From Hemiscyllium ocellatum (taxonomy: Eukaryota), in contig NC_083435.1 of NCBI RefSeq assembly GCF_020745735.1, forward strand, positions 45,198,498 to 45,262,497: a stretch of 64,000 bases of DNA, in the 5' to 3' direction. How positions within the stretch are numbered: position 1 is the stretch's first letter; each line of letters begins with the position of its first letter. Positions 51,058-61,286 of the stretch are shown in pieces. The translations under genes and the position numbers were made by a program. The notes beneath the pieces were generated by a model. It saw only the letters and a list, made by a program, of their open reading frames with translations, did no database searches and was not told the origin of the DNA.

Positions 51058-52381
51058 TGTTACGACACAGTGGTTGAACCCCTCCGTTAATTATACCAAA
51101 TACCCAGAAAAACTCACCTCGCCTTGTAATCTGTTAAAATATGAATGACAGAAAACTCCTAAATTCCACTATTTAAAAAAAACATTTATTTTCTTAACTT
51201 TAATAGTGAACACTAAACAACTGTTCACAAACCCAAGCCCCCCCCCCCCCCCACAACCCTTGTCTTAACTATTTACCATCTGACCCCAACTCTACAAACA
51301 TTATGCTGTTCCAATAACCTATGCCCTAGCTATTCAGTTCAAGGGGAATTACAAAGAGAAAACTAATGCTTGCCTATCCAGCAGTGCCCACAGCATGCTT
51401 TAAATTAGAGAACATGTTGTTGAAAGCTATGTCCCTTAATTTGAAAAGGTAACTTGGAGTGTGAAGTTGTTAAAAGATATGGAGCGGCATGGTGGCTCAG
51501 TGATTAACACTGCTGCCTCACAGCACCAGGGGCCGAGGTTGGATTCTGGCCTTAGGTGACTGTCTGTATGGAGTTTCCACATTCTCCCCATGTCTGCGTG
51601 TGTTTCCTCCGGGTGCTCCGGTTTCCTCCCACAATCCAAAGATGTGTAGGTTAGGTGATATGGCCATGCTAAATTGCCCATAGTGCTAGGTGCATTAGTC
51701 AGGTATAAATATAGGGTCTGCATGGGTTACTTTTTTGAGGGTCGGTGTGGACTTGTTGGGCCAAAAAGCCTGTTTCCATAGTGTAGCTAATCTAATCTGA
51801 AACACAATTATAAGACATTACATTAACTTAATCTCAAGGCCACACATTCTCTGTCTTTTCTGCTATCTTCAACCTTGCAATTGCTGATCCCTCTAAGTCA
51901 TCTTCTTTCTTTCTTTTTACTGTGATTATGTTTTACATGAAAAGGTACCTTTCATATAGAGGTTGTTTTTCTAATTTCTTTGACAGCAAGATGTTAGATG
52001 GGCAGTTAGCTCTCTAATTCGACAGCAGTTACTCTTGAACCAATTTTCAAAATGTCCACAATTTTATACACCCCCATGAAACATTAGATTCTTATAATTT
52101 GATTGGTTTCAAGGTGTCAAAACAATAAAATTCAAATTCCATTGGGTTTTAGTATCCTGAGCATAATTTGAACTGATTGGTCAAATTTGAATTGTTGTCA
52201 AAACAGCAACTAAAATTCAGATATCCATTTAACAGCCATTTGCTACATCTGTCTATTTTGGAACAGCTCATCTCCCAGCCTTTCCATTCAACCAGCTGAG
52301 CCTGTACTTCAAGTTTACTTCAAAATTTCAGAAAACACTTTCTATTTCAAAGTGAACATACAAGCTTTTGACTTTGTGACA
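51058..52381 (-). repeat. 5' LTR with a ~480-bp insertion (~51318-51799) that includes a V-SINE at 51484-51798
   Basis: tgttac..tgtgaca; alignment to the other LTR breaks at ccaataac and resumes at aacac. Confidence 0.9.
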
Positions 52382-52694
52382 GAAAGTTAATTGTAAAGGT
52401 CTTTTAACCAATGGTTGTGAAGTCCAAACCTAGAGTGCATAAGTTTAAGGTGAGAGGGCAAAGATTTAAAAGGGACCTGAGGGTTAACTTTTTCACACAG
52501 AGTGATGCCTATATGGAACGACTTCCCAAGGACGTGTTGGAAACGAGTATAGACATGTATGTGGACAAGAAAGAGTTTGAAGGATATGGGCCCAAACGCA
52601 GACAGATGGAGTCTGGTTCTGATAAGGAAAGCTGGTTGATATGGACAAACAGGGTCGAAGAGCTTGTTTTTGTGCTGTGAGATTCTCTGACTCG

Positions 52695-52810
52695 ACAGAC
52701 CAACAAGCTAATTTCACTTCCACAAGACAGACAAATGATCAGGAAACAAGACAAAAGCAGTGTACCAGTTCATCATTTCATTTCAACAAATCAGATTCCA
52801 ATCACCTCCT
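52695..52810 (-). pseudogene. Possible decayed transmembrane exon of an Ig-superfamily receptor
   Basis: Branch ctaat plus tttacag| acceptor; phase-1 frame contains stops, then TGTLLLSCFLIICLSCGSEISLLVCR. Confidence 0.35.
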
Positions 52811-53184
52811 CTGTAAAGATCGATTTCAAATTAGAAAGTCACTTCTGAGCATTGTGACTGATCAAACAGCTAGATCAATGAACTCCAGCATTAACGCCTG
52901 GTAGCTGCTGAAAAACCCAGAGGAACTCTGCACCTCCCAGATAGTTACAACTCAGGCCTTTCCAACCCTGTTTTTATTTATACCCCACCTTTGATGGTTT
53001 GCTTTGGCCTTAAGTGAACCTTGCACAAATTTATTCAACTGGAGAACATGGGTGTTTTATGGGTGGTGGTTAATACATGGAAAAAGATACAGTGATTTGG
53101 TGGTGAGAAAAAATATTCAGTTTTGTTTAAGAGCACTTCTGAATGTAAAAATGTCAGGAGGGTTCCTGAGCTGCAATGGAAGTG

Positions 53185-53282
53185 GGTCGAGAATGTGGTG
53201 CTGGAAAAGCACAACAGGTCAGGCAGCATCCAAAGAGTAGGAGAATCGACATTTTGGGCAAAAGCCCTTCATCAGGAATGAC
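53185..53282 (-). mobile_element. PLE-end repeat with CpG-decayed hammerhead
   Basis: cattc-CTGATGA-a-GGGC-tttt-GCCC-aaaa-tgtc-gatt. Confidence 0.75.
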
Positions 53283-53536
53283 AGCAATGGAAGTGGCCCT
53301 ACCTCTGGGTCAGGAGGCCTTAGTTCAAGTCCCACCAATGCAGAGGTGTATAATAATATTTCTGAATAGATTGATTAGAAAATATTTTTTAAAGTGTCAA
53401 GGATGTGGTGATGATTAAGAACTGTTGAGCAGTGAGATCCTTCGTGAAAGCTCAAAGATGGTTGATAAAGTGTCTTAGTGAATATGATCAGATGGTCCAG
53501 AGGTGAACACACAGCCACAGGATATCTGATCGTTAC

Positions 53537-53980
53537 CTTGGTTGGAAAGCACGTAATAAATTGATATTGTAATTGGTTTGTAAGCAGCCAGGATGGGCTG
53601 AAGTAAAGGCTAAAGAAGTATATAATTTCCTTTGTTCGGTGGTGAAGCACGTGGTGTACCCAGCAACTTGGTCTCCGCCAACGTAAAACAAGCCATTTAC
53701 TGATTGGAATGAACTCGAGATGTTGCAGAAATAGTCTTTGTGATTCTCCACTAACAAGGCTCAATCATCAGGAAGTCAGAACTCTCTTTATTTCCATCTG
53801 AGGCCATGGCCATTTCTGTGGTTAGTGATAGCTTCCTGGCTGATGTTTCAAAAACCAGCCACAAAGATCACAAACGATCAATTTACACTTGTCACAATCC
53901 ATTCAGGAAAGTGTGCTGATGCTCGAGTCCCAGTACTCCCACAGTCATAACAATAAGATTTGATCCAATTATTCAAAGTC
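53537..53980 (-). pseudogene. Probable decayed Ig-like (V-set) domain exon
   Basis: tttag| .. TLS*(Cys position), x15, WFLKHQPG .. SSDFLMIEP/(frameshift)LVENHKDYFC .. AAG|gtaacg. Confidence 0.5.
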
Positions 53981-54091
53981 CTAAATTTTCTTGTGTAGTG
54001 ATCTCAGATGAACATTAAACACTGACCAGGTTCTGTACTTTATAACACAAAATCACTTCAGAAATCATATACACAAGATACTGCTAAGGTC

Positions 54092-54560
54092 ACATAGAGT
54101 CACAGAGTTGTACAGCACAGAAACAGACCCTTAGTCTAATTCTACCATGCCAAACAAGTTTCCTAAATTGAACTAGTCCCACTGGTCTGTGTTTGGCCCA
54201 TATCCCTCCAAATCTTTCTTATTTATGTAGGTGCCCAAATGTCTTTTAAATATTGTAACTGTGCCTGCATCCACCACTTCCTCTGGTAATACATTCCACA
54301 AATGAACCACCCTCTGAGTGAAAACGTTGCCCCATAGGTTCCTTGAAAATCTTTCTCCTCTTACCTGAAGAATATGTCCCCTAGTTTTGAATTCACCCAC
54401 CTGAGAAAAGACCTTGCTTAACGATGCCCATCATGGTTTTATATGCCATAATATGATGTCACAACTCCAGTTCTCAGTGCTCTGACTGATGAAGGGAAAT
54501 GTGTCAAATGCCTTCTTCACCACCCTATCTACCTGTGATGTCACTTTTGAGGAACTATCG
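54092..54560 (-). mobile_element. CR1-type LINE 3' fragment
   Basis: KTRGH..VRGERF..FTQRVV.LWN.LP. Confidence 0.85.
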
Positions 54561-55321
54561 ATGTGTCAACTGAGAGCTTCTCATAGAGACTGTATATTCA
54601 TGAGAGATTAGAGTTACACAGAGGGATTTGTTTGCTAAAAATCACAAAGTGAGATCTATGAGATTGTGCTGGAATACAATGCTGCTGATGGCTCACTGCC
54701 CCTCAAGGACACCCAATGTTGGAATCTGTCCTCAGTCTACTTGCCTAGTGAAGATTAATATGCACAAATACTTACCATTTATTTCAGTTTACAAGAGTAG
54801 AGAGAGCTTTTCTTTGTATCTCACCACCCCGCCTCCCCCTCCCTCCCCCCACCCACCTGCTGCACCTGTCCTGGGAATGTTGATAGGGGCAGTGTTGCTT
54901 GAATTTTAATTTCAGTTAAAGATAATGAATTTTACTCTGTGTCTAACTGCATGCTGTCCCAGATTCAGGGCCATTTGGGACAGTGTGGAGCAAGCTTAAC
55001 TTTCAGTTTTAAAGAGAAGAGGTATCTTTACTTTCAGTTTAAAACCGCAAAGGAAGCCTCACTCCACACCGAATCCTGTGTTGCATCCTTTCTTGGTGTG
55101 TTTCATTGGTTTCTGATTGAACTTTCAGAGATTCCCTACCATGATCTCCCATTCCCATTCCTGCATTACCCACAGCTTCTCCCAGCCTCATTACAGCCCA
55201 GGCACTGGTGTCCAATTTCTTTTTAGAATTCAGGCAAAGTACGAAGCAGTGCTTGATGTATTTTCAGTTTTATTTCTGGGATAGCCCATTATTCAGAGAG
55301 CAGTGATAGAGGATCAGGGGT

Positions 55322-55534
55322 TCAAATAGAGCCGAAGAAATGATTCATTTGGTTTGAAGGTGGAGAGGTCGCATTGGCTGTTGGGCCATCTCTGGATATT
55401 TTAACAAGTTTACCCCCAGTGTAGGTTCACATCATGTGACATGGCATTTTCCTTCCATAAGGAGCTCTCATCATTGCCCCGAACTACTGTTTGCACTTCA
55501 TCATAATGTTGCAGGTCATCATAGAAGTCTAACA
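55322..55534 (-). pseudogene. Possible decayed cytoplasmic-tail exon with Tyr motifs
   Basis: LDFYDDLQHYDEVQ..; DVTYT after removing 1 nt; AATAAA downstream at ~55275. Confidence 0.35.
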
Positions 55535-56111
55535 CTTTATTAAAACAAAGATATCAGGTTTACAGACAGCGGGAGGGAAGAATAATGAACAAACATTAAA
55601 AACAGTCTGTCAGTGTCACTGAGACTTGCTCTGACATTGGTCAACATTGTCTCTTCTGTATTGAATGGAACCCCACAGCTCCCTCCTTGGCCTGTAGTCT
55701 GAGAGGTGTACTCTCAATGTAGATCTGATCATGCCCATTATCTGAGATCAGGTTGAAAGAAACCAATTTTCTGACATTCATTGTTACCTATTCCATCCCC
55801 TTTTCATGTTTTATCCACAAAACGATCACATCAAAATTGCAGCACCCAGTGACTGACAGTTCACGGCCTGTCACCATCTTTCAGTCCGGGATCTCACAAT
55901 CTTATCTCAGTGACAACAGTTCGAATCCAGATCAGTAACCCTATCTATTTTCCTCTCAGGTTGTGTTACCTGACTCTCGCCTGGGAGCAATTCCACAGGC
56001 ACCTGCAGCACTACTCCCTGACTCTCGCCCGGAGCTTCTGATCCTATCCTCTCACTCGAACAGTATGTAGTAGATAACAGCAATGGCTGCAACCTTCTTC
56101 GCTGTCGTACA

Positions 56112-56390
56112 GAATCATAAACTCCCAACAGTGCAGGAACAGACAATTAAGCCTATCTGGTCTGCATGGACCCTTGAAGGGCATCCCATCCAGACCCACT
56201 GCACCCTATTACCCTGCATTTACCATGGCCAATCCACTAACCTGTAAGTCATTGTTGTATGGGATGAAACTGGAGCACCCAGCAAAAATCTACACAGACG
56301 TGGGGAGAATGAGCAAACTCCACATAGACAGTCACCCAAGGCTGGAATCGACCTGGAGAACTGGCGCTGTGAGGCGGCAGTGCTAACCAG
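56112..56390 (-). mobile_element. V-SINE (HE1-like)
   Basis: Reverse complement of the SINE head and core. Confidence 0.85.
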
Positions 56391-56723
56391 TAAGAACTGT
56401 GCTTCCCTGGATACTGAGGCCAATTACAGAGTCAGCTGAATCAATGATATCCCACAACTCAGCTGCACCTTTGTTGTTCATTGCTGGACCAGCTCCCAAC
56501 ACCCACTGTCCCCTCTGGCCCTTCAGTTAGTGACTGAACCTTCAGGGGCTTTACGTGGACTGTTAATTACATACAAACCCATCAGTCTTCCTTACAAGCA
56601 CCTTGTCTCTGACAATCAAACCGTTACGTCAAAAGAGAATAAAATAGATTTGAAATAAAATTGTGAATGCTATCACCTGAGATACTGGATACATTTACAA
56701 ACATTTCCCGATGAGCCAGTTAC

Positions 56724-57040
56724 CTCCTTACATTTTAACAGCTATGGGCTGAGACAGCACCACAACCACAAAGATAAACAGTAATGTCTTCATCATCTTT
56801 GGTGAAGTTGCTCATAGTAAGGATCAGGACACCAGTGTAGAAATACTCAGTTTCTGATCGCAGAGATTTTGCGACTTTATAATCCCAGATAGGGGGAGCG
56901 GCTCTGCCTCTGAGTGATATCATCAAGGGAGGGGTTTCTCTATTAGCCACCTCCTCTTTTCCAGGATTGTAACATTGAGCCTAGGATGACCCTCCCTGCT
57001 GGCTGACTGTACACAGGCAATAGACACTAACAGATTATGC
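56724..57040 (-). pseudogene. Possible decayed Ig-like (V-set) domain exon
   Basis: TVSQQGGSS*AQC; WLIEKP in a shifted frame; LILTMSNFTKDDED then YC in a shifted frame; donor gag|gtaact at 56723. Confidence 0.4.
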
Positions 57041-57267
57041 CTGGCAGCGGGATCAGATTCTGTCTGTTTTAGCTAAACCTGTCGGAATCTTGTACACCTT
57101 TATCAAACATCCTGTCAATCTTCTTTTCTCCACTAAAAAGCAGTCCAAGTTTTTCTAAACTAATGCTGTCACTTAATTGTATTGGTGGTCAGTCACATCA
57201 GGTCCAATAGCCCACTGCTGGAGATCCTCAGGCCAGTGTCCAAGGCCCAACCATCTTCAGCTGCTTC

Positions 57268-57405
57268 ATCAGGTTGTACGATTGCTTGCTGAGCTGGTGG
57301 GTTTGTTCCCAAATGTTTCGTCACCATGCTATTCAACATCATCAGTGAGCCTCCATGAAGCACTCATGTTCTGTCCCAGTTGTGTCTTGGTTTGTTGTGG
57401 TAGGT
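57268..57405 (-). mobile_element. PLE pLTR fragment with hammerhead motif
   Basis: Homologous to 11945-12070; ctca-CTGATGA-t..ggtgac-GAAA-catt. Confidence 0.8.
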
Positions 57406-58171
57406 GACCTTCCCTCCACCCTAAGGTAAGAAGTGGGGATGTTTGGCAATGATTACACAATGTTCAGCACCAATCCTGACTCCACAGATACTGAAGCAGT
57501 CCATGTTGAAATGCAACAAGATCAGGACAACATCCACACTTGGACTGACAAGTGGCAAGTAATATTTGCGCCAGACAAATGCCAGCTCAAGACCGTCACT
57601 AATAAGAGACAACCTAAACACCCCCCTTTTTTGGCTTTCAATTGTGTCACCATTGCTGAATCCCACGCTATTAATATCCTGGAGGTTATCACTGACTAGA
57701 AACTCAAATGGTCTCACCACATAAACACAGTGGCTGCAAGAGCAGGTCAAAGGCTCGAAACCCTGCAGCAAGTAACTCACCACAAGACTCCCCAAAGCCT
57801 GTGTACCATCTACAGGGCACCAGTAAGGAGTGTGACGGAATATTTCCTAGTTGCCTATTTGAGTGCAGACCCCAAAATACTCAAGAAGCATGACACCATG
57901 ACAAAGCAGCTGGCTTGATTGGCATGACACCCACCAACATCGACTCCCTCCACCATCAACGCTCAGTAGCAGCAGTGTGTGCTTTATACAAGATGCACTG
58001 TTGAAATTCACTGTAGATCCTCAGACAGCACCTCTCAAACCCACAACCACTTCCATTTATGGCTGCAGATACATGGGAACACCACCACCATTAAGTTCCA
58101 CTCCAAGCCACTCACCATCCTAATGTGGAAATATATTAACGTTCCTTCACTGTCGCTGAATCAAAATCCTG

Positions 58172-58366
58172 TCATTCTCAGAAACAGAATCAGAAACAAT
58201 ATCATCTACCACAACAAACCAAAATGCAAGTGGGACAGAACACCAATGCTTCAGAGGCTCACTGATGACGTTACCGAGCATGGTGACGAAGTATCAGAGA
58301 ACAAACCCACCAGCTCAGCAAGCAATCTTACAAGCTGACCTACAAATCGTCTCCAAAATCTCAAAT
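58172..58366 (+). mobile_element. PLE pLTR fragment with hammerhead motif
   Basis: Homologous to 14130-14306; ctca-CTGATGA-c-GTTACC-gagcat-GGTGAC-GAAG-tatc-agag. Confidence 0.8.
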
Positions 58367-58789
58367 GTCCTTCCTAATTGTGGGTCAACCCACATCAGCT
58401 GGACTGCAGAAGTTCAAGAGGCAGCTGACCACCACCACAAGGGGAATGAGGGACAGGCAATAAATGCTGGCCCAGTCAGCGATGCCCACAGCCCAAAACG
58501 GAATAAGTAAATAAATGAATTCTGTGTCCCTTACTAAAATGCAGTGAACAGAACTGGACACTATATTCTTGGTGTGGTGTATTCTTGGTGATTCAATTTA
58601 ATCTACCTGGCATGATTATGTTAGTATACCTTCCCTGGCTTAAAATGCATCACTTCACGTCACACTTAAACTCCATCAATTTCAAGTCTGCCCATTTCAG
58701 CAAGTGTGCATGTCCAAATGCATAACTGGTAACACTCCATGTGCCCACTCCACAAACCTGTCTGTATCCTGATATGATTTGAAGATACC

Positions 58790-58892
58790 AGTGTTGGACT
58801 GAGGTGTACAAAGTTAAAAATCACATAACACCAGGTTATAGTCCAACCTGTTGAACTATAACCTGGAGTTGTGTGATTTTTTAACTTTGTAT
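58790..58892. repeat. Near-perfect palindrome of two PLE-end tails
   Basis: tacaaagttaaaaatcacataacaccaggttatagtccaac-ct-gttgaactataacctggagttgtgtgattttttaactttgta. Confidence 0.85.
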
Positions 58893-58933
58893 CCTGATTT
58901 AATTGTTTGGTATCAATCGCCCGTGTTTTTTTT

Positions 58934-59229
58934 TTAGATTACTTACAGTGTGGAAACAGGCCCTTTGGCCCAACTAGTCCACACCGACCCGCCGAAGCGC
59001 AACCCACCCTTACCCTTCCATAACACTATGGGCAATTTAGCATGGCCAATTCACCTGACCCGCACATTTTTGGACTGTGGGAGGAAACCGGAGCACCCGG
59101 AGGAAACCCACGCAGACACGGGGAGAACGTGCAAACTCCACACAGACAGTTGCCTGAGGCGGGAATTGAACCCAGGTCTCTGGTGCTGTGAAGCAGCAGT
59201 GCTAACCACTGTGCCACCGTGCCGCCCCT
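58934..59229 (-). mobile_element. V-SINE (HE1-like), young
   Basis: Close reverse complement of the 4743-5079 copy. Confidence 0.9.
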
Positions 59230-61036
59230 AGTTGTCCATGTCTATGGGGCAGATTGACATGACATCTCCTATTCTGTGAACAACCTCATGCAACGCCCCA
59301 AACAGCATGCTGTCAGCCACAGGCCACCTCTCTGTAACTCCTCTCTATTACCACCTCCGCCTCCTGAATGGTGAAAAGTTCATTCAGCTTCAGTTCCCTA
59401 ACGCAGTTTCCGAGGAGCTGGAGTTATGTACACTTCTTGCAGATGAAGTCAGCAGGGTCACTACTGGTGACTCTTACCTCCCACATCCTCCAGGAGAAGC
59501 ATGCAACTGCCCTAACATCCATTCCCACTGTTCTGGATTCCCAATGAGACTGTTGAAAAAACTAGTAACTTTACCGAATCAGCACACAGAACATTTTTTT
59601 TGGATAGAGGAAGAGGATGCGTGGGAGATACTACTGAAGTAGGGTTTCGGGTAAAGCAACCATCCAAATATATGACCTTACTTACTTAGCCGTCCCGTGT
59701 CTGCTCCTGCTCAGCATGCAGTCCGCCTACATGAGGTAAATTTTAAAGGATTAATTCACCTTCCTGGCAATCCCCAGTTCTCACTCTCGCTGCTGCTGCA
59801 AAAATAGAGCACTATAACTTCACTGTAACCCTCCCATTCTTACTTTCCATTTTCACATCCCAAAAATGACTTCATGGTCATCCATTCTAATAGATCCTTT
59901 CTATCTCCTGGTGTATCTTGCACCCCAGCTCTTGACTACTGTTTGGAGGCCTGTACATAATTCCAACAATGATTTTTTTTTTTAAAAAACTCTTGCAGTT
60001 TGTCAATTCTACCTAGATTCTACACCATCTGACCCTACTTCATTTCTTATTGTTGATTTAATTTTGTTTCTGATTAAAAAGGCAGCCCGCTGATTGCTTG
60101 TGGATGAGGTGCCATTCTCCTGCCAAACTCAGAGCATTCAGTAGCAGCAGTGTGTACAATCTGCATGTTGAACTGCGGAAAGTCACCAAACATCCTGCGA
60201 CACCACCTTCCAAATCCATGTCCCATTCCATCTAAAAATGACAAGGTCAGCAGGTACATGGGAAGGTCACTAACTGCAAGTTCCCCTTCCAACCACTTGC
60301 CCCCTGACTTGGAAATATATCACCATTCCTTCACTGTCTCTGAGTTAAAATCCTGAAATCCCTCCCTAATGGCATTGTGGGTCAACCCACAGCAGGTGGA
60401 TGCCAGCAGCTTAAGAATGCAGCTCACCAGAACCTTCTGAGGAACAACTAGGACAGGCAATAAATGCTGGCCAGCCAGTGATACCTACATCCCACAAAAG
60501 AAAGAAGTAAAAAATAAATTCTTCGTCATTTAGTGAAGTGCAGGGATCAGAACTCGACAGTAAATTCTTAGTGAGGATTCATCTATGCTATATATTGATT
60601 GAGTATAATCTACCTGCTGGGTGTTCCATACCTGTGGATACAAAGTCCCAAACCCTATCTGTTTTGTGAACTAGAGTCTCAGTATGTGCTGTCACCTTCT
60701 AAGATCAAGGGACCTGCAGTTCCCTCAGTGCCTCACATTACTTACGCTGACACGATTATGTCAATATACTTTCTCTGGCTGTTTGGTAAAATGCATCACT
60801 TCAAGTCACACTTAAACTCTACCTACCTTGAGTTTGCGCATTCCACCAAATGTATGTAGCCAAATGCAGTAATTTGGTATCACCCCATGTGCCCACTAGA
60901 CCAGCCTGTCTGTTTTCTGATGCAATCAAAGGGAGTATCACTCTCCCTGTTTTGCTCATCTCCAAGGGGCAGACTGACATGACACCCCCTTCCATTCAGT
61001 GACCAATCTAATGCACTGTTTCAAATGTCAACCTGA

Positions 61037-61286
61037 TGGCACGGTGACTCAGTGGTTAGCACTGCTGCCTCACAGCACGAGGGCCATCTGCACATTCTCC
61101 CCGTGTCTGCGTGGGTTTCCTCCGGGTGCTCCAGTTTCCTCCCACAATCCAAAGATGAGCAGGTCAGGTGAACTGGCCATTCTAAATCGTCCATAGTGTT
61201 AGGTGCATTAGTCAGAGGGGGTGGGTTACTCTTCGGATGGCCGAACAGTTTCCTGTTTCCACACTGCAGGGAATCTAATCTAATCT
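61037..61286 (+). mobile_element. V-SINE with internal deletions
   Basis: A box present, B-box region deleted, core and taatc tail present. Confidence 0.85.

Larger units (their letters stand above)
46880..52381 (-). mobile_element. Gypsy LTR retrotransposon, Gmr1-like domain order, degenerate; inserted in a CR1 LINE
   Basis: Two TG..CA LTRs; gag PHFDEKDV..FENLA..W plus CFYCGK knuckle; IN C-terminal NMLKAY precedes RT ([21 protein letters not shown]) and RNase H; PPT aaaggggagg at 47702-47711; degenerate tRNA-Pro-like PBS at ~51034-51056. Confidence 0.92.
57190..58512 (+). mobile_element. LINE 3' fragment, second family (partner-like tail of SINE family 2), containing two PLE-end insertions
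   Basis: GDPQASVQGPTIFSCFI / VGMFGNDYTMF RT motifs; tail gggacaggcaataaatgctggcccag. Further copies at ~60110-60515 and ~62765-63430. Confidence 0.8.

Noticed and set aside
46870-52390. Target-site duplication of the Gypsy element
   Set aside because: Flanks (..gataac / gaaag..) do not match convincingly, although the host LINE is continuous across the element.
53537-57040. Rearranging Ig/TCR V gene segments
   Set aside because: No heptamer/nonamer RSS after the YxC motifs; splice donors follow instead.
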